This document shows positions 1 to 13,340 of a DNA stretch of 64,000 nt, piece after piece (position 1 is the stretch's first letter; each line of letters opens with the position of its first letter). The translations under genes were made by a program, and so were the position numbers. The notes below the pieces were generated by a model, which searched no databases, was not told the DNA's origin, and saw only the letters and a list, made by a program, of their open reading frames with translations. Location of the stretch: assembly GCA_043228905.1 (NCBI GenBank), contig JBHGNT010000039.1, forward strand, positions 124,001 to 188,000, given 5' to 3'. This DNA is from Azolla caroliniana. Lineage: Eukaryota > Plantae > Polypodiophyta.

Positions 1-3000
1 ATGAACATTGTAATTTACCTACTAGCTCTTCTCAACTCCCTCCTCAAATTTGCTAATTTCGTCATGTCTCTCGACCTGAGTTTCAAAATCTTGATTTTTT
101 AATTCCATATCATAGCTAGCGTTGTTAGCTTCGATTCGCATGTTTGTACACAAAAATCCGATATCACACTCGCTAGGTATGAACATTTTAATTTACTCAA
201 GGGCTCCTCTCACCTCACTCCTCAAATTTGCTAATTTCGTCATGTCTCTTGACCTGAGTTTCAAAATCTTGATTTTTTATTCCATATCATAGCTAGCGTT
301 GTTAGCTTCGATTCGCATGTTTGAACACAAAAATCCGATATCACACGAGCCAGGTATGAACATTTTAATTCACTCACGCAATCTTCCAACCTCACTCCTC
401 AAATTTGCTAATTTCGTCATGTCTCTCGACCTTAGTTTCAAAATCTTGATTTTTTAATTCCATATCATAGCTAGCGTTGTTAGCTTCGATTCGCATGTTT
501 GAACACAAAAATCCGATATCACACGAGTTAGGTATCAACATTTTTATTTACTCAAGGGTTCCTCTCAACTCCCTCGTCAAGGTTGCTAATTTCGTCATAT
601 CTCTCGACCTGAGTTTCAAAATCTTGATTTTTTAAATCCATATCATAGCTAGCGTTGTTGGCTTCGATTCGCATGTTTGAACACAAAAATCCGATATCAC
701 ACGAGCCAGGTATGAACATTGTAATTTACCTACTAGCTCTTCTCAACTCCCTCCTCAAATTTGCTAATTTCGTCATGTCTCTCCACCTGAGTTTCAAAAT
801 CTTGATTTTTTAATTCCATATCATAGCTAGCGTTGTTAGCTTCGATTCGCATGTTTGTACACAAAAATCCGATATCACACTCGCTAGGTATGAACATTTT
901 AATTTACTCAAGGGCTTCTCTCAACTCACCCCTCAAACTTGCTAATTTCTTCATGTCTCTCGACCTGAGTTTCAAAATCTTGATTTTTTAATTCCATATC
1001 ATAGCTAGCATTGTTAGCTTTGATTCGCATGTTTGAACACAAAAATCCGATATCACACGAGCCAGGTATGAACATTTTAATTTACTCAAGGGCTCCTCTC
1101 AACTCCCTCCTCAAATTTTGTAATTTCGTCATGTCTCTCGACCTGGGTTTCAAAATCTTGATTTTTTAATTCCATATCATAGCTAGCGTTGTTAACTTCG
1201 ATTCGCATGTTTGAACACAAAAATCCGATATCACACGAGCTAGGTATGAACATTTTAATTTACTCAAGGGCTCCTCTCAACTCCCTCCTCAAATTTTGTA
1301 ATTTCGTCATGTCTCTCGACCTGGGTTTCAAAATCTTGATTTTTTAATTCCATATCATAGCTAGCGTTGTTAGCTTCGATTCGCATGTTTGAACACAAAA
1401 ATCCGATATCACACGAGCCAGGTATGAACATTTTAATTTACTCAAGGGCTCCTCTCAACTCACTCCTCAAATTTGCTAATTTCGTCATGTCTCTCGACCT
1501 TAGTTTCAAAATCTTGATTTTTTAATTCCATATCATAGCTAGCGTTGTTAGCTTCGATTCGCATGTTTGAACACAAAAATCCGATATCACACGAGCCAGG
1601 TATGAACATTTTCATTTACTCAAGGGCTCCTCTCAACTCCCTCCTCAAATTTGCTAATTTCGTCATGTCTCTCGACCTTAGTTTCAAAGTCTTCATTTTG
1701 TAATTCCATATCATAGCTAGCGTTGTTAGCTTCGATTCGCATGTTTGAACACAAAAATCCGATATCACACGAGTTAGGTATCAACATTTTTATTTACTCA
1801 AGGGTTCATCTCAACTCCCTCGTCAAGGTTGCTACTTTCGTCATATCTCTCGACCTGAGTTTCAAAATCTTGATTTTTTGAATCCATATCATAGCTAGCG
1901 TTGTTGGCTTCGATTCGCATGTTTGAACAGAAAAATCCGATATCACACGAGCCAGGTATGAACATTGTAATTTACCTACTAGCACTTCTCAACTCACTCC
2001 TCAAATTTGGTAATTTCTTCATGTCTCTCGACCTTAGTTTCAAAATCTTGATTTTTTAATTCTATATCATAGCTAGCGTTGTTGGCTTCGATTCGCATGT
2101 TTGAACACAAAAATCCGATATCACACGAGCCAGGTATGAACATTTTAATTTACTCAAGGGCTCCTCTCAACTCCCTCCTCAAATTTTGTAATTTCGTCAT
2201 GTCTCTCGACCTTAGTTTCAAAATCTTGATTTTTTAATTCCATATCATAGCTAGCGTTGTTAGCTTCGATTCGCATGTTTGAACACAAAAATCCGATATC
2301 ACGCTCGCTAGGTATGAACATTTTAATTTACTCAACGGCTCCTCTCAACTCACTCCTCAAATTTGGTAATTTCGTCATGCCTGTCGACCTGATTTTCAAA
2401 ATTTTGATTTTTTAATTCCATATCATAGCTAGCGTAGTTAGCTTCGATTCGCATGTTTGAACACAAAAATCCGATATCACACGAGCCAGGTATGAACATT
2501 TTAATTTACTCAAGGGCTCCTCTCAACTCAGTCCTCAAATTTGCTAATTTCGTCATGTCTCTCGACCTTATTTTCAAAATCTTGATTTTTTAATCCCATA
2601 TCATAGCTAGCGTTGTTAGCTTCGATTTGCATGTTTGAACACAAAAATCCGATATCACACGAGCTAGGTATAAACATTTTAATTTACTCAAGGGCTCCTC
2701 TCAACTCACTCCTCAAATTTGCTAATTTCGTCATGTCTCTCGACCTTAGTTTCAAAGTCTTCATTTTGTAATTCCATATCATAGCTAGCGTTGTTAGCTT
2801 CGATTCGCATGTTTGAACACAAAAATCCGATATCACACGAGCCAGGTATGAACATTTTAATTTACTCAAGGGCTCCTCTCAACTCCCTCGTCAAGGTTGC
2901 TAATTTCGTCATATCGCTCGACCTGAGTTTCAAAATCTTGATTTTTTCAATCCATATCATAGCTAGCGTTGTTGGCTTCGATTCGCATGTTTGAACAGAA

Positions 3001-6000
3001 AAATCCGATATCACACGAGCCAGGTATGAACATTGTAATTTACCTACTAGCACTTCTCAACTCACTCCTCAAATTTGGTAATTTCGTCATGTCTCTCCAC
3101 TTGAGTTTCAAAATCTTGATTTTTTAATTCCATATCATAGCTAGCGTTATTGGCTTCGATTCGCATGTTTGAACACAAAAATCCGATATCACACGAGCCA
3201 GGTATGAACATTTTAATTTACTCAAGGGCTCCTCTCAACTCCCTCCTCAAATTTTGTAATTTCGTCATGTCTCTCGACCTTAGTTTCAAAATCTTGATTT
3301 TTTCAATCCATATCATAGCTAGCGTTGTTGGCTTCGATTCGCATGTTTGAACACAAAAATCCGATATCACACTCGCTAGGTATGAACATTTTAATTTACT
3401 CAAGGGCTTCTCTCAACTCACCCCTCAAACTTGCTAATTTCTTCATGTCTCTCGACCTGAGTTTCAAAATCTTGATTTTTTAATTCCATATCATAGCTAG
3501 CGTTGTTAGCTTTGATTCGCATGTTTGAACACAAAAATCCGATATCACACGAGCCAGGTATGAACATTTTAATTTACTCAAGGGCTCCTCTCAACTCCCT
3601 CCTCAAATTTTGTAATTTCGTCATGTCTCTCAACCTGGGTTTCAAAATCTTGATTTTTTAATTCCATATCATAGCTAGCGTTGTTAGCTTCGATTTGCAT
3701 GTTTGAACACAAAAATCCGATATCACACTCGCTAGGTATGAACATTTTAATTTACTCAAGGGCTCCTCTCAACTCACTCCTCAAATTTGCTAATTTCGTC
3801 ATGTCTCTCGACCTTAGTTTCAAAATCTTGATTTTTTAATTCCATACCATAGCTAGCGTTGTTAGCTTCGATTTGCATGTTTGAACACAAAAATCCGATA
3901 TCACACTCGCTAGGTATGAACATTTTAATTTACTCAAGGGCTCCTCTCAACTCACTCCTCAAATTTGCTAATTTCGTCATGTCTCTCGACCTGAGTTTCA
4001 AAATCTTGATTTTTTAATTCCATATGATAGCTAGCGTTGTTAGCTTCGATTCGCATGTTTGAACACAAAAATCCGATATCACACGTGCTAGGTATAACCA
4101 TTTTAATTTAATCAAGGGCTCCTCTCAACTCCCTCGTCAAGGTTGCTAATTTCGTCATATCTCTCGACCTGAGTTTCAAAATCTTGATTTTTTAAATCCA
4201 TATCATAGCTAGCGTTGTTGGCTTCGATTCGCATGTTTGAACACAAAAATCCGATATCACACGAGCCAGGTATGAACATTGTAATTTACCTACTAGCTCT
4301 TCTCAACTCCATCCTCAAATTTGGTAATTTCGTCATGTCTCTCGACCTGAGTTTCAAAATCTTGATTTTTTAATTCCATATCATAGCTAGCGTTGTTAGC
4401 TTCGATTCGCATGTTTGAACACAAAAATCCGATATCACACGAGCTAGGTATGAACATTTTTATTTACTCAAGGGCTCCTCTCAACTCGCTCCTCAAATTT
4501 TGTAATTTCGTCATGTCTCTCGACCTGGGTTTCAAAATCTTGATTTTTTAATTCCATATCATAGCTAGCGTTGTTAGCTTCGATTCGCATGTTTGTAGAC
4601 AAAAATCCGATATCACACGAGCCAGGTATGAACATTGTAATTTACCTACTAGCTCTTCTCAACTCCCTCATCAAATTTGGTAATTTCGTCATGTCTCTCG
4701 ACCTGAGTTTCAAAATCTTGATTTTTTAATTCCATATCATAGCTAGCGTTGTTAGCTTCGATTCGCATGTTTGTACACAAAAATCCGATATCACACTCGC
4801 TAGGTATGAACATTTTAATTTACTCAAGGGCTCCTCTCACCTCACTCCTCAAATTTGCTAATTTCGTCATGTCTCTTGACCTGAGTTTCAAAATCTTGAT
4901 TTTTTATTCCATATCATAGCTAGCGTTGTTAGCTTCGATGCGCATGTTTGAACACAAAAATCCGATATCACACGAGCCAGGTATGAACATTTTAATTTAC
5001 TCAAGGGCTCCTCTCAACTTCCTCCTCAAATTTGCTAATTTCGTCATGTCTCTCGACCTTAGTTTCAAAATCTTGATTTTTTAATTCCATATCATAGCTA
5101 GCGTTGTTAGCTTCGATTCGCATGTTTGAACACAAAAATCCGATATCACACGAGTTAGGTATCAACATTTTTATTTACTCAAGGGTTCCTCTCAACTCCC
5201 TCGTCAAGGTTGCTAATTTCGTCATATCTCTCGACCTGAGTTTCAAAATCTTGATTTTTTAAATCCATATCATAGCTAGCGTTGTTGGCTTCGATTCGAA
5301 TGTTTGAACACAAAAATCCGATATCACACGAGCCAGGTATGAACATTGTAATTTACCTACTAGCTCTTCTCAACTCCCTCCTCAAATTTGCTAATTTCGT
5401 CATGTCTCTCGACCTGAGTTTCAAAATCTTGATTTTTTAATTCCATATCATAGCTAGCGTTGTTAGCTTCGATTCGCATGTTTGTACACAAAAATCCGAT
5501 ATCACACTCGCTAGGTATGAACATTTTAATTTACTCAAGGGCTCCTCTCACCTCACTCCTCAAATTTGCTAATTTCGTCATGTCTCTTGACCTGAGTTTC
5601 AAAATCTTGATTTTTTATTCCATATCATAGCTAGCGTTGTTAGCTTCGATTCGCATGTTTGAACACAAAAATCCGATATCACACGAGCCAGGTATGAACA
5701 TTTTAATTCACTCACGCAATCTTCCAACCTCACTCCTCAAATTTGCTAATTTCGTCATGTCTCTCGACCTTAGTTTCAAAATCTTGATTTTTTAATTCCA
5801 TATCATAGCTAGCGTTGTTAGCTTCGATTCGCATGTTTGAACACAAAAATCCGATATCACACGAGTTAGGTATCAACATTTTTATTTACTCAAGGGTTCC
5901 TCTCAACTCCCTCGTCAAGGTTGCTAATTTCGTCATATCTCTCGACCTGAGTTTCAAAATCTTGATTTTTTAAATCCATATCATAGCTAGCGTTGTTGGC

Positions 6001-9000
6001 TTCGATTCGAATGTTTGAACACAAAAATCCGATATCACACGAGCCAGGTATGAACATTGTAATTTACCTACTAGCTCTTCTCAACTCCCTCCTCAAATTT
6101 GCTAATTTCGTCATGTCTCTCGACCTGAGTTTCAAAATCTTGATTTTTTAATTCCATATCATAGCTAGCGTTGTTAGCTTCGATTCGCATGTTTGTACAC
6201 AAAAATCCGATATCACACTCGCTAGGTATGAACATTTTAATTTACTCAAGGGCTCCTCTCACCTCACTCCTCAAATTTGCTAATTTCGTCATGTCTCTTG
6301 ACCTGAGTTTCAAAATCTTGATTTTTTATTCCATATCATAGCTAGCGTTGTTAGCTTCGATTCGCATGTTTGAACACAAAAATCCGATATCACACGAGCC
6401 AGGTATGAACATTTTAATTCACTCACGCAATCTTCCAACCTCACTCCTCAAATTTGCTAATTTCGTCATGTCTCTCGACCTTAGTTTCAAAATCTTGATT
6501 TTTTAATTCCATATCATAGCTAGCGTTGTTAGCTTCGATTCGCATGTTTGAACACAAAAATCCGATATCACACGAGTTAGGTATCAACATTTTTATTTAC
6601 TCAAGGGTTCCTCTCAACTCCCTCGTCAAGGTTGCTAATTTCGTCATATCTCTCGACCTGAGTTTCAAAATCTTGATTTTTTAAATCCATATCATAGCTA
6701 GCTTTGTTGGCTTCGATTCGCATGTTTGAACACAAAAATCCGATATCACACGAGCCAGGTATGAACATTGTAATTTACCTACTAGCTCTTCTCAACTCCC
6801 TCCTCAAATTTGCTAATTTCGTCATGTCTCTCCACCTGAGTTTCAAAATCTTGATTTTTTAATTCCATATCATAGCTAGCGTTGTTAGCTTCGATTCGCA
6901 TGTTTGTACACAAAAATCCGATATCACACTCGCTAGGTATGAACATTTTAATTTACTCAAGGGCTTCTCTCAACTCACCCCTCAAACTTGCTAATTTCTT
7001 CATGTCTCTCGACCTGAGTTTCAAAATCTTGATTTTTTAATTCCATATCATAGCTAGCATTGTTAGCTTTGATTCGCATGTTTGAACACAAAAATCCGAT
7101 ATCACACGAGCCAGGTATGAACATTTTAATTTACTCAAGGGCTCCTCTCAACTCCCTCCTCAAATTTTGTAATTTCGTCATGTCTCTCGACCTGGGTTTC
7201 AAAATCTTGATTTTTTAATTCCATATCATAGCTAGCGTTGTTAGCTTCGATTCGCATGTTTGAACACAAAAATCCGATATCACACTCGCTAGGTATGAAC
7301 ATTTTAATTTACTCAAGGGCTCCTCTCAACTCACTCCTCAAATTTGCTAATTTCGTCATGTCTCTCGACCTTAGTTTCAAAATCTTGATTTTTTAATTCC
7401 ATACCATAGCTAGCGTTGTTAGCTTCGATTTGCATGTTTGAACACAAAAATCCGATATCACACTCGCTAGGTATGAACATTTTAATTTACTCAAGGGCTC
7501 CTCTCAACTCACTCCTCAAATTTGCTAATTTCGTCATGTCTCTCGACCTGAGTTTCAAAATCTTGATTTTTTAATTCCATATGATAGCTAGCGTTGTTAG
7601 CTTCGATTCGCATGTTTGAACACAAAAATCCGATATCACACGTGCTAGGTATAACCATTTTAATTTAATCAAGGGCTCCTCTCAACTCCCTCGTCAAGGT
7701 TGCTAATTTCGTCATATCTCTCGACCTGAGTTTCAAAATCTTGATTTTTTAAATCCATATCATAGCTAGCGTTGTTGGCTTCGATTCGCATGTTTGAACA
7801 CAAAAATCCGATATCACACGAGCCAGGTATGAACATTGTAATTTACCTACTAGCTCTTCTCAACTCCATCCTCAAATTTGGTAATTTCGTCATGTCTCTC
7901 GACCTGAGTTTCAAAATCTTGATTTTTTAATTCCATATCATAGCTAGCGTTGTTAGCTTCGATTCGCATGTTTGAACACAAAAATCCGATATCACACGAG
8001 CTAGGTATGAACATTTTTATTTACTCAAGGGCTCCTCTCAACTCGCTCCTCAAATTTTGTAATTTCGTCATGTCTCTCGACCTGGGTTTCAAAATCTTGA
8101 TTTTTTAATTCCATATCATAGCTAGCGTTGTTAGCTTCGATTCGCATGTTTGTAGACAAAAATCCGATATCACACGAGCCAGGTATGAACATTGTAATTT
8201 ACCTACTAGCTCTTCTCAACTCCCTCATCAAATTTGGTAATTTCGTCATGTCTCTCGACCTGAGTTTCAAAATCTTGATTTTTTAATTCCATATCATAGC
8301 TAGCGTTGTTAGCTTCGATTCGCATGTTTGTACACAAAAATCCGATATCACACTCGCTAGGTATGAACATTTTAATTTACTCAAGGGCTCCTCTCACCTC
8401 ACTCCTCAAATTTGCTAATTTCGTCATGTCTCTTGACCTGAGTTTCAAAATCTTGATTTTTTATTCCATATCATAGCTAGCGTTGTTAGCTTCGATGCGC
8501 ATGTTTGAACACAAAAATCCGATATCACACGAGCCAGGTATGAACATTTTAATTTACTCAAGGGCTCCTCTCAACTTCCTCCTCAAATTTGCTAATTTCG
8601 TCATGTCTCTCGACCTTAGTTTCAAAATCTTGATTTTTTAATTCCATATCATAGCTAGCGTTGTTAGCTTCGATTCGCATGTTTGAACACAAAAATCCGA
8701 TATCACACGAGTTAGGTATCAACATTTTTATTTACTCAAGGGTTCCTCTCAACTCCCTCGTCAAGGTTGCTAATTTCGTCATATCTCTCGACCTGAGTTT
8801 CAAAATCTTGATTTTTTAAATCCATATCATAGCTAGCGTTGTTGGCTTCGATTCGCATGTTTGAACACAAAAATCCGATATCACACGAGCCAGGTATGAA
8901 CATTGTAATTTACCTACTAGCTCTTCTCAACTCCCTCCTCAAATTTGCTAATTTCGTCATGTCTCTCGACCTGAGTTTCAAAATCTTGATTTTTTAATTC

Positions 9001-11876
9001 CATATCATAGCTAGCGTTGTTAGCTTCGATTCGCATGTTTGTACACAAAAATCCGATATCACACTCGCTAGGTATGAACATTTTAATTTACTCAAGGGCT
9101 CCTCTCACCTCACTCCTCAAATTTGCTAATTTCGTCATGTCTCTTGACCTGAGTTTCAAAATCTTGATTTTTTATTCCATATCATAGCTAGCGTTGTTAG
9201 CTTCGATTCGCATGTTTGAACACAAAAATCCGATATCACACGAGCCAGGTATGAACATTTTAATTCACTCACGCAATCTTCCAACCTCACTCCTCAAATT
9301 TGCTAATTTCGTCATGTCTCTCGACCTTAGTTTCAAAATCTTGATTTTTTAATTCCATATCATAGCTAGCGTTGTTAGCTTCGATTCGCATGTTTGAACA
9401 CAAAAATCCGATATCACACGAGTTAGGTATCAACATTTTTATTTACTCAAGGGTTCCTCTCAACTCCCTCGTCAAGGTTGCTAATTTCGTCATATCTGTC
9501 GACCTGAGTTTCAAAATCTTGATTTTTTAAATCCATATCATAGCTAGCTTTGTTGGCTTCGATTCGCATGTTTGAACACAAAAATCCGATATCACACGAG
9601 CCAGGTATGAACATTGTAATTTACCTACTAGCTCTTCTCAACTCCCTCCTCAAATTTGCTAATTTCGTCATGTCTCTCCACCTGAGTTTCAAAATCTTGA
9701 TTTTTTAATTCCATATCATAGCTAGCGTTGTTAGCTTCGATTCGCATGTTTGTACACAAAAATCCGATATCACACTCGCTAGGTATGAACATTTTAATTT
9801 ACTCAAGGGCTTCTCTCAACTCACCCCTCAAACTTGCTAATTTCTTCATGTCTCTCGACCTGAGTTTCAAAATCTTGATTTTTTAATTCCATATCATAGC
9901 TAGCATTGTTAGCTTTGATTCGCATGTTTGAACACAAAAATCCGATATCACACGAGCCAGGTATGAACATTTTAATTTACTCAAGGGCTCCTCTCAACTC
10001 CCTCCTCAAATTTTGTAATTTCGTCATGTCTCTCGACCTGGGTTTCAAAATCTTGATTTTTTAATTCCATATCATAGCTAGCGTTGTTAGCTTCGATTCG
10101 CATGTTTGAACACAAAAATCCGATATCACACGAGCTAGGTATGAACATTTTAATTTACTCAAGGGCTCCTCTCAACTCCCTCCTCAAATTTTGTAATTTC
10201 GTCATGTCTCTCGACCTGGGTTTCAAAATCTTGATTTTTTAATTCCATATCATAGCTAGCGTTGTTAGCTTTGATTCGCATGTTTGAACACAAAAATCCG
10301 ATATCACACGAGCCAGGTATGAACATTTTAATTTACTCAAGGGCTCCTCTCAACTCCCTCCTCAAATTTTGTAATTTCGTCATGTCTCTCGACCTGGGTT
10401 TCAAAATCTTGATTCTTTAATTCCATATCATAGCTAGCGTTGTTAGCTTCGATTCGCATGTTTGAACACAAAAATCCGATATCACACGAGCTAGGTATGA
10501 ACATTTTAATTTACTCAAGGGCTCCTCTCAACTCCCTCCTCAAATTTTGTAATTTCGTCATGTCTCTCGACCTGAGTTTCAAAATCTTGATTTTTTAATT
10601 CCATATCATAGCTAGCGTTGTTAGCTTCGATTCGCATGTTTGTACACAAAAATCCGATATCACACTCGCTAGGTATAAACATTTTAATTTACTCAATAGC
10701 TCTTCTCAACTCCCTCCTGAAATTTGGAAATTTCGTCATGTCTCTTGACCTGAGTTTCAAAATCTTGATTTTTTAATTCCATATCATAGCTAGCGTTGTT
10801 AGCTTCGATTCGCATGTTTGAACACAAAAATCCGATATCACACGAGCCAGGTATGAACATTTTAATTTACTCAAGGGCTCCTCTCAACTCCCTCCTCAAA
10901 TTTTGTAATTTCGTCATGTCTCTCGACCTTAGTTTCAAAATCTTGATTTTTTAATTCCATATCATAGCTAGCGTTGTTAGCTTCGATTCGCATGTTTGTA
11001 CACAAAAATCTGATATCACACTCGCTAGGTATGAACATTTTAATTTACTCAAGGGCTCCTCTCAACTCACTCCTCAAACTTGCTAATTTCTTCATGTCTC
11101 TCGACCTGAGTTTCAAAATCTTGATTTTTTAATTCCATATCATAGCTAGCGTTGTTAGCTTCGATTCGCATGTTTGAACACAAAAATCCGATATCACACG
11201 AGCCAGGTATGAACATTTTAATTTACTCAAGGGCTCCTCTCAACTCTCTCCTCAAATTTGCTAATTTCGTCATGTCTCTCGACCTTAGTTTCAAAATCTT
11301 GATTTTTTAATTCCATATCATAGCTAGCGTTGTTAGCTTCGATTCGCATGTTTGAACACAAAAATCCGATATCACACGAGTTAGGTATCAACATTTTTAT
11401 TTACTCAAGGGTTCCTCTCAACTCCCTCGTCAAGGTTGCTAATTTCGTCATATCTCTCGACCTGAGTTTCAAAATCTTGATTTTTTAAATCCATATCATA
11501 GCTAGCGTTGTTGGCTTCGATTCGCATGTTTGAACACAAAAATCCGATATCACACGAGCCAGGTATGAACATTGTAATTTACCTACTAGCTATTCTCAAC
11601 TCCCTCCTCAAATTTGGTAATTTCATCATGTCTCTCGACCTGAGTTTCAAAATCTTGATTTTTTAATTCCATATCATAGCTAGCGTTGTTAGCTTCGATT
11701 CGCATGTTTGTACACAAAAATCCGATATCACACTCACTAGGTATGAACATTTTAATTTACTCAAGGGCTCCTCTCAACTCACTCCTCAAACTTGCTAATT
11801 TCTTCATGTCTCTCGACCTGAGTTTCAAAATCTTGATTTTTTAATTCCATATCATAGCTAGCGTTGTTAGCTTCGA
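1..11876. repeat. 178-bp satellite tandem array, left block (~67 monomers), putative centromeric/pericentromeric satellite
   Basis: The monomer anchor ATGAACATT/ATCAACATT recurs at 1, 179, 356 and 534 (period 178, occasionally 177). Conserved core: TTTCAAAATCTTGATTTTTTAATTCCATATCATAGCTAGCGTTGTTAGCTTCGATTCGCATGTTTGAACACAAAAATCCGATATCACAC. The array ends at ...AGCTTCGA (11876). A centromeric role is inferred from monomer size and organisation only. Confidence 0.98.
3700..10100. repeat. Higher-order repeat: 20-mer (3557 bp) followed by a 16-mer (2846 bp); boundaries approximate
   Basis: Rare variants recur at +3557: ATACCAT 3844/7401, CATATG 4021/7578, GTAGAC 4595/8152, TTCGATG 4934/8491. Others recur at +2846: GCTTTG 6701/9547, CTCCAC 6830/9676. 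Confidence 0.85.
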
Positions 11877-11882
11877 GATCAT

Positions 11883-13089
11883 AGCAAAGGTATTGGTGGA
11901 AGAACATGTATAAAGATGTCGCGGAGTTCACAGAAAGCTGCGAGAAATGCCAAGTCTACTCCGGGGTCCGACACCGAGATGAGCTGCATCCAACATTCTC
12001 ACCGACAATCAACTTCAAGTGGATGGTCGACATTGTAGCTATGCCGACCGGGATTGGACAAAAGAAATACTTGGTGTTAGCTCGAGAAGATCTCACAAAC
12101 CAAGTTGAAGGTCGAGCGCTTCGGAGGAAAACGTGTGCCGCGGTGTGCCAATTTCTTTTGGAAGAAGTGTTTTGTAGGTACGGCTGCGTAGGACAAGTGA
12201 TTGCGGACCGGGGAGAACTCGACTCGGACAAAGCTAGGGGATTCTTCGCCAAACATGGAGTTCGGTTAACGTTGACAACGGCCTACAATCCGGAGGCCAA
12301 CGGGAAGATCGAACGAGGACATAGTCCGATCGTGAAAGCACTTGCGAAGGCATGCGACGGAAGGGTGAAGGATTGGCCACAAATGCTTCCGTATGCACTA
12401 TGGGCGGATCGGACGACGCATAGCTCCGTGACCGGTTATATGCCGGCAGAACTCATGACCGGACAAGCACCGGTAATGCCAACGGAAACCGCAATCGCGA
12501 CATGGACAATACTACCGTGGAAGGAAGAGATGAGCCGGGAAGAACTACTAGCGGTCCGGATACGACAACTGGAGGGAAGACCGAAAGATGTAGCGGAAGC
12601 GTCACGCCGACAACAAGAAGCACGGTTCCGGAACAAAAGCCGGTTCGACACAAAGCACCGACTACGACCGAGGAGGATTGAAGAAGGAGATTGGGTGATC
12701 GTCTATGATAGTAGCTTGGACCATCAACATACAACGATGCGGAAATTCGCGAAAAGGTGGTTCGGGCCGTACGAGGTTCGGAAGGTCTTCGACAACGGGA
12801 CGTACCGACTGTCCGAGTTGGATGGAACAATACTACGAGTGCCTATAGCCGGGAAGCGGGTGAAGATTTTCAAGAAGCGGACCGACGACAAACCTTATGT
12901 GATCCAAGTCGAGGTCGACAACGAGGAGCAATCGGACGAAGACCACAATGATGCGGGAAGCGAAGAAAGTGGATTACAACTCATAGTCGACATAAGGGGA
13001 GATTCGGAGGAAGCTTCGGATGAAGACGGATACGAAGAATCAAGAACTTCGGCACATACCGGAGGATGTGCGGGTTTGGAGGGGGCGAG
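11883..13089 (+). mobile_element. 5'-truncated second copy of the element's internal region (integrase + PPT), sharing the LTR at 13090-13990
   Basis: 11883-13990 matches 18451-20558 at a constant offset of 6568 bp. All ORF-track translations over the two copies are identical. Confidence 0.96.
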
Positions 13090-13102
13090 TGTCGTAGTGT
13101 AG
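11906..13102 (+). pseudogene. Truncated pol fragment: integrase core + C-terminus (398 aa), lacking the two His of the HHCC finger
   Basis: Identical to the last 398 aa of ORF2. Begins at an internal Met 23 bp after the truncation point. Confidence 0.9.
13078..13089 (+). other. Polypurine tract of the truncated copy
   Basis: Identical GGAGGGGGCGAG abutting the LTR at 13090. Confidence 0.85.
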
Positions 13103-13174
13103 GTTGCACACTATGTGGAAATTATATTTTTGTCCCTCCGGATAGAGAATGGAGTGCTCGGTGAGAACCGGAAG

Positions 13175-13340
13175 AAAACGGCATACCGGCAAGAAGGAAG
13201 AAAACGGCATACCGGCAAGGAGGGAAAACGGCATACCGGCAAGAAGGAAGAAAACGGCATACCGGCAAGGAGGGAAAACGGCATACCGGCAAGGAGGAAA
13301 AACGGCATACCGGCAAGGAAGAAAACGGCATACCGGCAAG
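13175..13340 (+). repeat. Minisatellite in LTR U3: 7 copies of AAAACGGCATACCGGCAAG with purine spacers
   Basis: Cores at 13175, 13201, 13225, 13251, 13275, 13299 and 13322 (periods 26, 24, 26, 24, 24, 23). Confidence 0.95.

Noticed and set aside
125-150. CENP-B box in the monomer (TTCG motifs)
   Set aside because: TTCGATTCGCATG lacks the required TTCG-N4-A-N2-CGGG pattern.
1-178. Identity with Arabidopsis CEN178 (and the element with ATHILA)
   Set aside because: Only the length matches; I see no CEN178 sequence motifs. The element's Trp PBS, 0.9-kb LTRs and 7.5-kb size do not fit ATHILA.
2684-3403. Short ORFs in the satellite (also 20477-20671, 35262-35453, 50349-50552)
   Set aside because: Chance 60-67 aa frames created when single variants remove stop codons in monomers; no protein motifs.
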